This document shows, in pieces, positions 47,139 to 57,663 of a stretch of 64,000 nt of DNA. Source of the DNA: a plasmid; sequence record NZ_CP093377.1; one strand, given 5' to 3'. The number at the start of each line of letters is the position of its first letter. The stretch's first letter is position 1. The notes under the pieces are model-generated. The model was not told where the DNA came from. It worked only from the letters and a program-made list of their open reading frames with translations, and searched no databases. Position numbers and translations under genes: made by a program.

Positions 47139-50100
47139 TGTCAGTCGCCCCAGTAGCGTCAGCCGGCGAGGCTGCAGGCTACTACAGCAATTCCGATAAC
47201 TACTATTTTTTGGGCAGCCTGCAGAGCCTATGGATGGGAGAGGGTGCAAAAGCGCTGGGTCTGGAGGGCAACGTCCGTGGCGATGATCTGACGGCCGTGC
47301 TCGAGGGACGTCTGCCGGACGGTTCACGGCTGGGTAAAGAGGTTAACGGACAGCATGTCCACCGCCCGGGTCATGACCTGACCTTTTCCGCTCCCAAGAG
47401 CGTGTCCATTCTGGCACTCATTGGCAACGATAAAGAAATGGTGGAGGCACATAACCACGCGGTCCGCGTGGCGGCCGGCTATGTGGAGAAGCTTATCTCG
47501 GCCCGCGACACGAAAGACGGCGTCACGTCCATCGTACATACCGGCAAGATGGTGGCAGCTGCTTACACGCATGACACTTCACGTAACCTCGATCCGCAGC
47601 TGCACACCCACCTCCTGATTGCCAACATGACGGAGTATGCGGGCAAATGGAAAGCCCTGGCCACGGACTATATCCATAACGCCGGCTTTATCGAAACCGT
47701 CATGAAGCATCAGGTCACGCTCGGGAAAATTTATCGCAGCGCGCTGCGTGAACGGGTTGAAGCGCTCGGCCATGAAGTGGAAGAAGTAGGCAAGCATGGC
47801 ATGTGGGAGATCAAGGGTGTTCCGGAAGACGTCAGGGACGAATATTCCTCACGGGGCAGGGAAATACAGGGGGCCGTGGGGGCTGAAGCCACGCTGCGCA
47901 GCCGGGATGTGGCCGCCAAAGACACCCGCAGGGCGAAAGTTGACCCTTCGCGTATGCGCCTGATGGAGCGCTGGCTGGGCCAGATGAAGGAGAAGGGATT
48001 TGACCTGAAGGCGTATCAGGAGAGCGTGGTGCCGCGTGATGCAGGTCTTCGCGAGGCACCACCTCTGCCGGCGCGAGAGCATCAGCCGACCCCGGTTCCT
48101 GCCGGGCCTGAGCAGGCATCTCCGCAGACCTCCTCCAGGGCAGAGAAGAGTCCCGACACCCCTGCTCAGTCAGCAGAACGGGAGAGCCTGTCCCGTCAGC
48201 CTGTACCACAGCAGACTGACACGATGAGTCAGCCGGCACTGACCGGTCCCGAAAAGACGCCGACGGCCAGGAGTTTTCCTGCAGCGCAGCGGGACACTGA
48301 AATACCCCGCCCGGAACTGACTGAGGCTGTCCGGCTGGCCATCTCGCAGCTCAGTGACAGTAAAACACGTTTCACTTTTGGTGAACTTATGCTGACCACG
48401 GCGGAGCTGAGCGAACAGCTGCCGGAAATTCAGGATATTCGTGTGGCCATCGATGCGGCGCTGAAGGACGGCATGATTGTGCCGCTGGACAGTGAGAAAG
48501 GGGTCTTCACCTCCCGTATTCACCTGCTGGATGAACTCTCGATCCAGGCGCTGAGTCAGGAACATCTCAAATCCACAAAAGTCGTCAGTTTCACCCGTCC
48601 GGCGCAGTACGCGCCGGCGGCGCTGGAAGTGGTGGAGAAAGACGCCCTGGTTCTGATGAATGCCCCGTCAGGCGTGGCGGGTATCCGTGACCTGACCGCG
48701 CAGCTGGCCGGTATTGCCGGCGCGAACGGTCGTGACGTGCAGGTGCTGGCCAGCTCTGCCGAGCGCGCCATTTCGCTGGCGAAATCCGACGATTTACGGG
48801 AACGGATCATCAGCCGTCAGCATGTTCTGAGCGGTGATTTCCACCTGAAACCCCAGAGCACGCTGATTATCGAAGGGGCAGAGCGTCTGGGATTAAAGGA
48901 GACGCTGGTACTGCTGGGCGAAGCGCGTGCGCAGGACGCACAGCTGGTCTTTCTCGACAGTGCCGGGCGTCAGGCGAACGGTAATGCCATGTCCGTGCTG
49001 GAGTCCGCGGGGGTTGCCCGCTCCCGCCGCACTGAGCCGGCGCCCGGGCTGGAGGCCGAAGTGGTCAGTATTCCGAACAAACGCGACCGTTACGAGGCGC
49101 TGGCCAACCGGTTTGCAGAGCTGAGCGGAGGCAGTGAAAACGTCACCGCCGTTGTGGTCGGCAGGCGTGAACAGGCACAGCTGACGGGCCTGGTACGTGA
49201 GGCGCTGCAGAACGCAGGACAGCTGGGGCGTGACGGCGTGGAGATAGAGGCCCGGCAGCCGGTCTGGCTCGACAGCAAAACGCGCCGCATGCCCGGTTCA
49301 TACCGTCCCGGCATGGTACTTGAAGATCGCACGGACGCAAAAGCGCGTAAGTCGTATGTGATTGACCGGGTGCATGAGGACACGCGAGTCCTCTCGCTCA
49401 TCGACGGGGACGGCGTGCTGACCCGGATGAAAATCGGGGATATCAGCGCTGACTGGCGTCTCTTCAGCCGCGAAACCCTCAGCGTGGCCACCGGCGAAAA
49501 ACTGCTGGCCGTGGCGGGGGATCGTGAGCACAGCCTGAAGGCAAAAGACCGTCTTGAGGTGACCGGGATAAGTGAAAAGGGGATTGAGGTGAAACGGGGG
49601 GAAGAGACCCTGACGCTGCCAAAAGACCAGCCGCTCTACCTGTCACATGCCTACGTGACCGCGCCGGGCGGCCGGGATAACGACACCGGCGTGGTGCTGG
49701 CCGCGCTGAACAGTCGCGACATCTCATCCCAGACCATGAACTCGCTGGCACAGAGTGGTCACCGGGCGGAAGTGTTCACCGCCGAAGTGCAGGATCGGGC
49801 GGAAGCCCGGCTGCAGCGCATGAAGACCAGTGCCTCTCCCGTGCAGCTGGTCAGAAGTCTGAGTGGCCACGATGACGTCAGCCAGGCGGTTGACTCGCTG
49901 CATGACAGCGTCCGGACGGACGCCGGGCTGGCCGTCTGGCGTGCCATCAATGACCAGCGCACTGTGGTGTTCAGCGAACTTAAGCTTGCGACGGAGGCGC
50001 ATAAATATCATCCCGACCTTGAAGCCATCGGGAATGAAATCGGGGCGATGGTCAAAAACGGCGAGTTACTCTCCGTGTCAGCAGGCGGAGAGCCGGTGCT

Positions 50101-52549
50101 GGTTTCCCGGTCCACATGGGAGATGGAGAAAGCCATTCTGCGTGTGGTGGAGGAAGGGAAAGGTACGCAGCAGCCGTTGCTGGAACAGGTACCGGAGGCC
50201 GTGCTGAACGGACTCACCGATGGCCAGAAAAAGGCGACCACCCTGGTGCTGGGCACCACGGATCAGTTTATCGGGATTCAGGGCTATGCCGGCGTGGGGA
50301 AAACCACTCAGCTGAAGGCGGTGATATCTGCACTGGAGACCATACCGGCGGACGTTCGTCCGGTGATGACGGGTCTTGCCCCGACGCACCAGGCGGTGAA
50401 AGAAATGAGCGACGTCGGTGTCCGGGCGCAGACCATCAAATCCTTTATCGTTGAACATGACCAGGCGACGGCCGCAGGCGGTAAGCCCGACTATAAAGGA
50501 CAGGTGTTTCTTATCGATGAGTCCTCAATGGCAGGCAACCAGGATACGGCGGCCCTGTTCCAGGCCATTGCCAGCGGCGGCGGTCGCGCGGTCTCGATGG
50601 GGGATATCGACCAGTTTGAATCGGTCGACGTGGGCGCGCCGTTTAAGCTGATGCAGGAGCGCAGTCCGATGGATGTGGCCATCATGAAGCAAATCGTCCG
50701 CCAGAAAGACCTGCAGCTGCGCGGTGCCGTTCACGACATCATTGATAACCGGATCGATGCGGCCCTGCAGCGCATTGAAACCCAGCCGGCTGACCGTGTG
50801 GCGCGTAGCGCTTCAGCCGCGCTCCCTGAGAGTGCCATTCAGGAAACGGAGACGCCCGTTAACGACATCGTGGCTGACTGGACGGACCGGACGCCGGAGG
50901 CGCGGTCCCGTACCCTCATTATCACCCAGCTGAACGCTGACCGTCGTGCGGTAAATGCCGGCATTCATGCTGTGCTGGCTGCCCGGGGAGAGCTGGGGGA
51001 GAAGGCCATAACGGTGCCGGTGCTCGATAAAATCACCCACACCCGTCATGAGTTTAACAAAACCGATGCCTGGGAAGCCGGGATGGTGGTTAAACGCGGC
51101 GATCGCTACCAGGACGTGCTGGCCGTTGACCGCAACGGCAGTACGGTCACGGTACGCGATGAGGAGGGGAAGATTGGACTGTATTCCCCGAAGCAACTCA
51201 TCACCGGCGACGTGCAGCTGTTTCGCCGCAGCGAGAGGGAAGTCCGCGCCGGCGATCTGCTGAAGTTCACGGCGACAGACAAGGAGCAGGGACAGATGGC
51301 CAGCCAGCGCTATACGGTCGAGTCGGTCAGCGAAACGGGCAATATTCGTCTGAAGGGGGAAAACGGCCGCATCACCATCAATCCTCAGGCGGTCAGGGCG
51401 CAGCAGCATATTGACTACGGCTGGGCCGTCACCGGGTACGGTGCTCAGGGAGCCAGCAGCGATTATGTCATTGCGCTTGAGGGCACGGAAGGCGGGCGTA
51501 AGGCACTTGCCTCCCGTCGCGCCTTCTACATCTCGGCCTCGCGCGTGAAAGAGCACGTCCAGATTTATACCGACGGGAAGGCGGACTGGGTTAAGGCGGT
51601 AAAAACGCCGGAGCGGGATATCAAAACGGCGCACGATGCGCTGGCGCCAGAAACGCAGCGTAAACAGGCGAAAGCCATCTGGGCAATGGGACAGCCGGTG
51701 AATAAAACGGCCATTGGCCGCGCCTGGGTGCGCCATCAGGGTATGCAGAACGCGTCACTGACGGCAAAAATCATCCCGGCCACCCGGCGCTTTCCCGAAC
51801 CGGCGCTGGCGCTGCCGGTGTATGACAACAACGGCCGGAGTGCGGGCCTGGCCCTGGTTTCCCTGGTTGCCAGCCCGGAAGGGCGGATGACGCAGGGGGA
51901 GACCCGGATGGTCATGACAGATCGTGCCCGTGGTGCAGTACTGCAGCGGAGTCAGTCCGGAAACACGATTGTGGTCAGTGACCTGGCGGCCGCGCTCGAT
52001 GCCGTACGACATCACCCGAAGGACGGCGTGGTCTGGCAGACCGGCGATGAGCCACCATCAGCACATCTGCTGAAAGTCAGCGGAGGTATCGTTACGGAGG
52101 CCGCATCAGAACACAAACTGATCCGTGACCAGGAGGAAACCACACGACAGACGGAAAAAGACATGCTTAACAAAGCCGCTAAAGCGGAAAAAGAAAAGAG
52201 TGAGACTCAGGAGCGTATTGTTGTGCCGGTGGAGGACGCGGTGCGTATTACGCCCGGGATGCTCGAGGTTGACGACCGAAATGAGCCAACGATTCCTGAC
52301 GGAAAAGTGCTCATTCAGGTTGCCAGCTCGGACAGCGTTAGCCACGATGAGATTGGCCGTCATATCAGGGCAGAAAAGGAACCATTGGCCAGCAAAGTCG
52401 CTTCGGAACGTGCGGGAGTCAGCCGCATTGTGAATGAGCTGGCCAATACCGAGCGGGATATTATCCGGCAACCCGAAAATAGCGAGCGCGGCCGCATGCC
52501 GGAGCGTGAAGAACAGACCCTCACCCGAACCATTCAGAAAGAACGTTAA
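47135..52549 (+). CDS. traI: TraI relaxase-helicase
   Basis: 1804 aa. N-terminal relaxase (MMSVAPVASAGEAAGYYS...), helicase motifs GYAGVGKT. Confidence 0.95.
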   Translation: MMSVAPVASAGEAAGYYSNSDNYYFLGSLQSLWMGEGAKALGLEGNVRGDDLTAVLEGRLPDGSRLGKEVNGQHVHRPGHDLTFSAPKSVSILALIGNDKEMVEAHNHAVRVAAGYVEKLISARDTKDGVTSIVHTGKMVAAAYTHDTSRNLDPQLHTHLLIANMTEYAGKWKALATDYIHNAGFIETVMKHQVTLGKIYRSALRERVEALGHEVEEVGKHGMWEIKGVPEDVRDEYSSRGREIQGAVGAEATLRSRDVAAKDTRRAKVDPSRMRLMERWLGQMKEKGFDLKAYQESVVPRDAGLREAPPLPAREHQPTPVPAGPEQASPQTSSRAEKSPDTPAQSAERESLSRQPVPQQTDTMSQPALTGPEKTPTARSFPAAQRDTEIPRPELTEAVRLAISQLSDSKTRFTFGELMLTTAELSEQLPEIQDIRVAIDAALKDGMIVPLDSEKGVFTSRIHLLDELSIQALSQEHLKSTKVVSFTRPAQYAPAALEVVEKDALVLMNAPSGVAGIRDLTAQLAGIAGANGRDVQVLASSAERAISLAKSDDLRERIISRQHVLSGDFHLKPQSTLIIEGAERLGLKETLVLLGEARAQDAQLVFLDSAGRQANGNAMSVLESAGVARSRRTEPAPGLEAEVVSIPNKRDRYEALANRFAELSGGSENVTAVVVGRREQAQLTGLVREALQNAGQLGRDGVEIEARQPVWLDSKTRRMPGSYRPGMVLEDRTDAKARKSYVIDRVHEDTRVLSLIDGDGVLTRMKIGDISADWRLFSRETLSVATGEKLLAVAGDREHSLKAKDRLEVTGISEKGIEVKRGEETLTLPKDQPLYLSHAYVTAPGGRDNDTGVVLAALNSRDISSQTMNSLAQSGHRAEVFTAEVQDRAEARLQRMKTSASPVQLVRSLSGHDDVSQAVDSLHDSVRTDAGLAVWRAINDQRTVVFSELKLATEAHKYHPDLEAIGNEIGAMVKNGELLSVSAGGEPVLVSRSTWEMEKAILRVVEEGKGTQQPLLEQVPEAVLNGLTDGQKKATTLVLGTTDQFIGIQGYAGVGKTTQLKAVISALETIPADVRPVMTGLAPTHQAVKEMSDVGVRAQTIKSFIVEHDQATAAGGKPDYKGQVFLIDESSMAGNQDTAALFQAIASGGGRAVSMGDIDQFESVDVGAPFKLMQERSPMDVAIMKQIVRQKDLQLRGAVHDIIDNRIDAALQRIETQPADRVARSASAALPESAIQETETPVNDIVADWTDRTPEARSRTLIITQLNADRRAVNAGIHAVLAARGELGEKAITVPVLDKITHTRHEFNKTDAWEAGMVVKRGDRYQDVLAVDRNGSTVTVRDEEGKIGLYSPKQLITGDVQLFRRSEREVRAGDLLKFTATDKEQGQMASQRYTVESVSETGNIRLKGENGRITINPQAVRAQQHIDYGWAVTGYGAQGASSDYVIALEGTEGGRKALASRRAFYISASRVKEHVQIYTDGKADWVKAVKTPERDIKTAHDALAPETQRKQAKAIWAMGQPVNKTAIGRAWVRHQGMQNASLTAKIIPATRRFPEPALALPVYDNNGRSAGLALVSLVASPEGRMTQGETRMVMTDRARGAVLQRSQSGNTIVVSDLAAALDAVRHHPKDGVVWQTGDEPPSAHLLKVSGGIVTEAASEHKLIRDQEETTRQTEKDMLNKAAKAEKEKSETQERIVVPVEDAVRITPGMLEVDDRNEPTIPDGKVLIQVASSDSVSHDEIGRHIRAEKEPLASKVASERAGVSRIVNELANTERDIIRQPENSERGRMPEREEQTLTRTIQKER

Positions 52550-52577
52550 TCTCCCTTTTAACCATGAGACTCAGACG

Positions 52578-53366
52578 ATGAAAGTACACAAATTAGCGGC
52601 ATTAATAGTTACAACATACGTTAACTTTATTTCAACAGCACACGCTTCGACCACACAACCGCTGTTCAGCCACGAGCAGGAGGCGCGTATAGGCAAAATT
52701 GCGGCCGATTATCTGGTATCTCACCCGGAGATTCTGGTGATCGTCAGTCATAAGCTGCAGGAACAGCAGGAGGCACGTAAGCAGAAGATGTTTGCACTCA
52801 GCGTGATGGAGAATCAGGCGAACCTTCTGCATGACCCGGACACCCCGGCTTACGGGCCTGATAATGCAAAGGTCGCGGTGATTGAATTCTTTGATTACCA
52901 GTGCGTGTTCTGCAGCCGCTTCGCGCCGGAGCTGGAGAAGGTCATGAAAGCGCAGCCGGACGTCCGCTACCTCTTTAAGGAGTGGCCAATATTTGGTGGT
53001 CGCTGGGAAGCCTCACTTCAGGCTGCGCAGCAGGGGCTGACGGTCTGGCAAAAGAAAGGGCCGCAGGCCTATGTCGCCTATCACAATGCCATCTACGCGA
53101 CCGGCCATAATGAAGGCAAACTGACGGCAGATGATATTCACGGGGCTGCGTTAAAAGCAGGACTGGCAACGCCGGCTCCGGGCGAGCATACCGCGTCCCT
53201 GGAGAAAAACAGCAATCTGGCGGAGGTGCTGGGGCTCACCGGAACGCCGGGAATCATCGTGATGCCCGTCACCGGCGCCACACCGGAAACCATCACGGTT
53301 TTCCCGGAAGCCGTTACCGCTGACAGACTGCAGGCCGCTATAAGGAAGGCCTCGCGGGGACAATAG
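52578..53366 (+). CDS. DsbA-family thiol:disulfide oxidoreductase (CVFC active site) with signal peptide
   Basis: EFFDYQCVFCSRF motif. Occupies the traX/finO position. Confidence 0.75.
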   Translation: MKVHKLAALIVTTYVNFISTAHASTTQPLFSHEQEARIGKIAADYLVSHPEILVIVSHKLQEQQEARKQKMFALSVMENQANLLHDPDTPAYGPDNAKVAVIEFFDYQCVFCSRFAPELEKVMKAQPDVRYLFKEWPIFGGRWEASLQAAQQGLTVWQKKGPQAYVAYHNAIYATGHNEGKLTADDIHGAALKAGLATPAPGEHTASLEKNSNLAEVLGLTGTPGIIVMPVTGATPETITVFPEAVTADRLQAAIRKASRGQ

Positions 53367-53789
53367 TCCTCCGTCCGGCGAACGTCTCCCGCCAGAGACT
53401 GTTCTTCATGTTCCGCGCGTAAATGCCATTTTCCCTTTTCGTTCCCCTGCGCTTCCTCGATCAGGCCTTCCGGCCTGATGCTGCGGCGAGCGCTGCCGGT
53501 TAAAAGTCCCTTCAGGACAATTAGAACGCAAACAATGAACGCTAATCTGGCCTGACATCTGGAAATATTGCCAGCGAGAAGGTAGTATTCGGATCGTCTG
53601 CGATCGTCTTGTGGTGGGACAGATTGTTGATTCAGATTACTTTTGTGACCTGGCTCAAACTGACGGTTTGACTGCTTTGTGGTGAGGCGGGCGGGTGGCA
53701 GAAGATGGTTTTACGGAAGAAATGCGGACTTCCGGAAACAGACAGGGCAGGACGTGTCCGGTAATAACGTTCAGGAGCAGGTGACGGGA

Positions 53790-53880
53790 TTTCCCGGAGC
53801 CTGAATGCACAAACCCCCTGAAATCTGTATCCACTTTGGCGGGCGGTTCAGATTCAGGGGGTCCAAAAGCAGGCGCGTTG
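53790..53880 (-). ncRNA. copA: CopA/Inc-like antisense RNA region of an IncFII-type replicon (stem-loop 53813..53862)
   Basis: Imperfect 14-bp inverted repeat ccccctgaaatctg ... cagattcagggggt just upstream of the tap leader peptide and repA. Orientation and extent inferred. Confidence 0.45.
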
Positions 53881-53900
53881 CCTGTGAAGGATTATAACGC

Positions 53901-53954
53901 ATGCACCATAGAAAACAACACCCGGCCGCCATAAGAACAGGCCGCCGTGAATGA
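53901..53954 (+). CDS. tap: tap-like leader peptide (17 aa) translationally coupled to repA
   Basis: MHHRKQHPAAIRTGRRE. Its TGA stop overlaps the repA GTG start. Confidence 0.55.
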   Translation: MHHRKQHPAAIRTGRRE

Positions 53955-54960
53955 CAATCAGATTTCTGTTCACTGGTCTGAGCTTCCGGCCGAAGAGTTA
54001 ATCCGTTTCTGGCAGGACGTCGATGCCGGCACACAGGATAATTTTCTTACTGAGCCGGTCAAAAAGCGGACCCGCCGTAAGCGCGGTGAACACTCCACAA
54101 AAGCCAAATGTGAAAACCCGTCCTGGTTCCGTCCTGAGCATTATAAAAAGCTCTCCGGGGAACTGGGGCATGCCTACAACCGTCTCGTGATGTTCGACAA
54201 GCGGACCGGCCGCCCCAGACTGCGTGTTCACGTTTCCCGTCATCCCCTTTTTGTCACGGGTCGCCGTAAGGCAGGACGCAAATATGGTTTCCGGCCGGAA
54301 CGTCAGCGCCTGAACGACGCCCTCTGGCCGCTCCTCGTGAGTTTCTGCGACGGGGGTAAGCACACCGTGGGTATGTGTATCTCTCGCCTGGCGAAGGAGC
54401 TGAGTCCGAAAGATGAAAACGGGAATGTCATTCCGGAAACGGAGGTGACAGTGTCACGTCTTTCTCGGCTTATTGATGAACTGGTACGCTTTGGTGTGCT
54501 TGGGCTGGCGGAAGAGCGCACCTGGGATCGGGGATCCCGCTCCTGGCTGCCGACTTATGTTTATATCACCCCTGTGGGATTCCAGATGCTGGGCGTCAAT
54601 ATGGACAAGCTGTTTAAGGAGCAGGATAAGAAGCTCCGTCAGAGCGCCGAGCGCGAGCAGCTGATCCGGGACGGGGTGATTAACGAACATGATGATGTTC
54701 AGCCCCACTCTGCGCGTAAATGCTGGTCTGCCCGTAAGCGCCGTGAAGCACTGATTTACCGTCGTAAAAAAGGCGCTGAGCGTAAACGAGCCAATAACCT
54801 GATAAAGCTGCCGGTGGACGAACGTCTTCATGCCATGGAAAAATGGGTTTTCAAAACCCTTCCTCATGATGAGGCGTACTGGTGTACGCCGGAACGACTG
54901 ACACAGCTGGCGATTCAGCATCTTTACCAGCTGGACCTGGCGCTGTCACCGCCGGACTAG
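53947..54960 (+). CDS. repA: RepA, IncFII (RepFIIA/FIC)-family replication initiator
   Basis: 337 aa with GTG start. Alignable with R100 RepA1 core (LAKELSPKDENG...SRLSRLIDELVRFGVLGL...YVYITPVGFQMLGVNMDKL...). Confidence 0.8.
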   Translation: MNDNQISVHWSELPAEELIRFWQDVDAGTQDNFLTEPVKKRTRRKRGEHSTKAKCENPSWFRPEHYKKLSGELGHAYNRLVMFDKRTGRPRLRVHVSRHPLFVTGRRKAGRKYGFRPERQRLNDALWPLLVSFCDGGKHTVGMCISRLAKELSPKDENGNVIPETEVTVSRLSRLIDELVRFGVLGLAEERTWDRGSRSWLPTYVYITPVGFQMLGVNMDKLFKEQDKKLRQSAEREQLIRDGVINEHDDVQPHSARKCWSARKRREALIYRRKKGAERKRANNLIKLPVDERLHAMEKWVFKTLPHDEAYWCTPERLTQLAIQHLYQLDLALSPPD

Positions 54961-54999
54961 CCGCGACATACGGCACATCATCTCCCTCTGTTCACATGC

Positions 55000-55320
55000 C
55001 CCTCGCCGGGGCTTCTTGTGCTGGTTTTTCCCGGAAAAATTGAGCATTTTTTGTTCCCGCCATCCGGTCGGGCGGCATTTTCTGCCGCAAACGCATTACC
55101 CTGATGGCCTGGAATACCGATGAATTCTTTTTTCCACAGAAATCCGCAAACGAATAATCACCTTTTCCGGAAATGAAAAAAACAGAACCCGCAATTTAAT
55201 CTAACCCCCTCTTTTTTATCGCTCTGTTCATTTCATTCCAGAGTGGATCTTTGTCTTCCGCCACTCTGTGGATAATTAAAAAGGCCTTCGCATGCAGCGG
55301 CCTCACGGCCGCGCGCTCAG
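55000..55320. other. putative oriR region with DnaA box TTATCCACA (complement at 55268..55276)
   Basis: AT-rich region downstream of repA containing tgtggataa. Confidence 0.5.
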
Positions 55321-55808
55321 ATGAAAATCAAAAGTACCTCCCGTCGCAGGCGACGGGCCCCGTTCTGGCCAGAACCTGACACCGTCTCCTGGCCTGCCCC
55401 CTGTTAAACCGACGCCGCCCCGGCCCGAAGGGCCGGAACACCCTCGCTTTAAGAGGGATGTTGTAACTAGTCAACGTAATAGCTGCAGGTTGAGTCGCGG
55501 TAAGTTCGCTGTACACGCTCGTAAGCGCCTCACGGCGCTAACGCGGAGATACAGCCCATCAGCGGCCTCTGGCCTCGACGGGCTCACTCCGACCGCGCAC
55601 GTCACCATCAGGCGTGGCGGTTACCGGATATGGCTTTGCAGGGTAAGGGATGGGACAGGCAGAACCTTTCAAACCGCAGCGGCTTACGCCGGTCACGACG
55701 CCCCTCACCAGAATCACCCGGTTCAGCTCCGGCTGGCGTCTCCATGCCGCTTCGCGGCATCATGACCATGAGCCTTTATGTTGAATATCACTCTGCGGGG
55801 GTGACCGG

Positions 55809-56039
55809 ATGGACTATTCAGATACCTTCATGCGACAGCATGATGAAATGTGCCAGGTGGTGGGCAGTATTGTGTTTTCACTTATCGAAGCCGGGCATGA
55901 CTCAACAAGCGAAAACATCGTGCTCGTGCTGCGCAACGGGCTTGCCGAAACCGGGAGATGGGAACCGGACCAGCTTCTGTACCTCCAGCTGGCCATTGAT
56001 TTACTGCAGCGTGGCCGCAACATACCCGGACCGGGCTGA
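55809..56039 (+). CDS. hypothetical small protein
   Basis: 76-aa ORF. Function unknown. Confidence 0.3.
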   Translation: MDYSDTFMRQHDEMCQVVGSIVFSLIEAGHDSTSENIVLVLRNGLAETGRWEPDQLLYLQLAIDLLQRGRNIPGPG

Positions 56040-56059
56040 CTCCGGAAACGGTGTCAGGT

Positions 56060-56827
56060 TTACCAGAGCTTTTCCAGTATGAGCAGGACCAGCAGATGAC
56101 CGGTATAGGCCATATAAAAGAAATGACGCGGCATAAAACGCTGACGGCCTGCCGGGCAGAGGTCCGTGCACAGGGACATTGCTATCAGGGGGAATACCAG
56201 TGTTGGCAGTGTGGCCAGTAATAATGTCTCTGCAGGCATGCTGAGCAGATGCGTGATACCGTTTAAGCAGAGCAGTGACAGCACGGCAACAAAGGCGGCC
56301 CTGCGCTTCATTTCGGGGGCAGAGCTTCCCGTAACGGTTGCCAGGCTGACGGCCAGTATGACGCCCGACAGGCCATAACTTGCGGGCTGAAGCGGAAATA
56401 TCATGAGCGCCAGAAGCAGCCCACCGACAAGGTTTCCCTTCTGGCCATACCGGTACCGCAGGGCAAGCAGCTGCGTGACGCCGGCGAACACGAACAGGAT
56501 GTTCATCGCCCACCACGGCTGGTGATCCAGGAAGGCCAGGCTGAATACCGGCTGCGTGATGACTGCCCAGATCCACAGCCGGTTTGCCCTTACCTGCAGA
56601 CGTTCTGGCGAACGCTGCACGTTCATCGCCCATATAAGCGTGAACAGGGGGAAGGCCATCCGGCCAAGCGCATACATCACCGGCCAGGCTGGCGTCAGAA
56701 ACAGCGTATTGATGTGATCGATGAACATGGCCAGAAGCGCCACGAGCTTGATCATATCCAGTGCTGCCGGGCTGGGTTGGCCGGTTTTCTGCAGGTTGTG
56801 AAATGCATCGGGTACGAACAGATTCAT
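56060..56827 (-). CDS. traX: TraX-family membrane protein (F-pilin acetylase family), relocated outside the tra operon
   Basis: 255 aa, polytopic. LKLIALIAMAVDH-like motif (IKLVALLAMFIDHI). Confidence 0.65.
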   Translation of the reverse strand: MNLFVPDAFHNLQKTGQPSPAALDMIKLVALLAMFIDHINTLFLTPAWPVMYALGRMAFPLFTLIWAMNVQRSPERLQVRANRLWIWAVITQPVFSLAFLDHQPWWAMNILFVFAGVTQLLALRYRYGQKGNLVGGLLLALMIFPLQPASYGLSGVILAVSLATVTGSSAPEMKRRAAFVAVLSLLCLNGITHLLSMPAETLLLATLPTLVFPLIAMSLCTDLCPAGRQRFMPRHFFYMAYTGHLLVLLILEKLW

Positions 56828-57276
56828 GCTGAATACTCCCCAGACGACATGCGGTCAGCAGCCAGCCCTGAACAGAATGCCAGAATACTCTGCCGGTTTG
56901 CGATGTCACCCTGACTTTTAATTTTTCCAGAATTTTGCGCACCGCAAATTCTGATTTATCCCGCAGCACACGCATGGCGCCGGCCACATCTTTATTCTGA
57001 ATACAAATAGTTAAAATATGAAAGTCGTTCATGTATCACCCCGTCCGTACTATATTGTTATCGGCAACAACCACAACATATTTAGATTAGGGGACGCACT
57101 GACCTGTAAATAATTATTTCAGTTTCGAGGGCCCATTCTTTATTTACGAAATAACCGGCCATTAAATGACAGCAGCCAGAATTAACTTACACCAGTATAA
57201 TACACTTCCTTTTTATAATTTTCAGCGAATATCTCTTTGCCGGACATTCATCCTGACATGTTCTTTCTGTAAAGTT

Positions 57277-57663
57277 TCAACTGAATACAGACCAGGAATC
57301 AGCTTTATCCAGCTGATTCCTTATGAGAAACGCATCAACTTCTCCTCTCATTGCCGGTAACAGTTCCAGCGTATCAAGCTGCCCGGCAGGATCGTATTTT
57401 TCTGGTTCGTCATTTAACTCACAGCCTGCCCGGTGCATAACAATGACACTGATAGTCATTATATAGGGCTGCTCATCGTAGTGGTAGCCGGGTGAGTCAG
57501 GGTACTGTTCTTCGAACAGTTCGATCAACCGGAGAGTTTCCGCTTTTATTTCCTTTTCCCTGGAGATAATCAGAGCCATTCGCCGTGCTTCTTCTGATTT
57601 AATGGCCTGTTCTGCATCTTTGAGAGCCTGTCGTTTACGGGGGTCTCCCGATCTCTTTTTCAT
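57277..57663 (-). CDS. hypothetical protein
   Basis: 128-aa ORF with a charged N-terminus. Confidence 0.4.
   Translation of the reverse strand: MKKRSGDPRKRQALKDAEQAIKSEEARRMALIISREKEIKAETLRLIELFEEQYPDSPGYHYDEQPYIMTISVIVMHRAGCELNDEPEKYDPAGQLDTLELLPAMRGEVDAFLIRNQLDKADSWSVFS

Noticed and set aside
50813-51736. 307-aa reverse-strand ORF inside traI
   Set aside because: Antisense to conserved TraI helicase sequence, with no ribosome-binding site and a biased composition.
55440-55800. GC-rich structured segment after the origin, considered as a tRNA, ncRNA or retron-like element
   Set aside because: No cloverleaf, no conserved ncRNA motifs and no reverse transcriptase nearby. The plus-strand ORF 55630..56082 over it looks spurious. 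Left unassigned.
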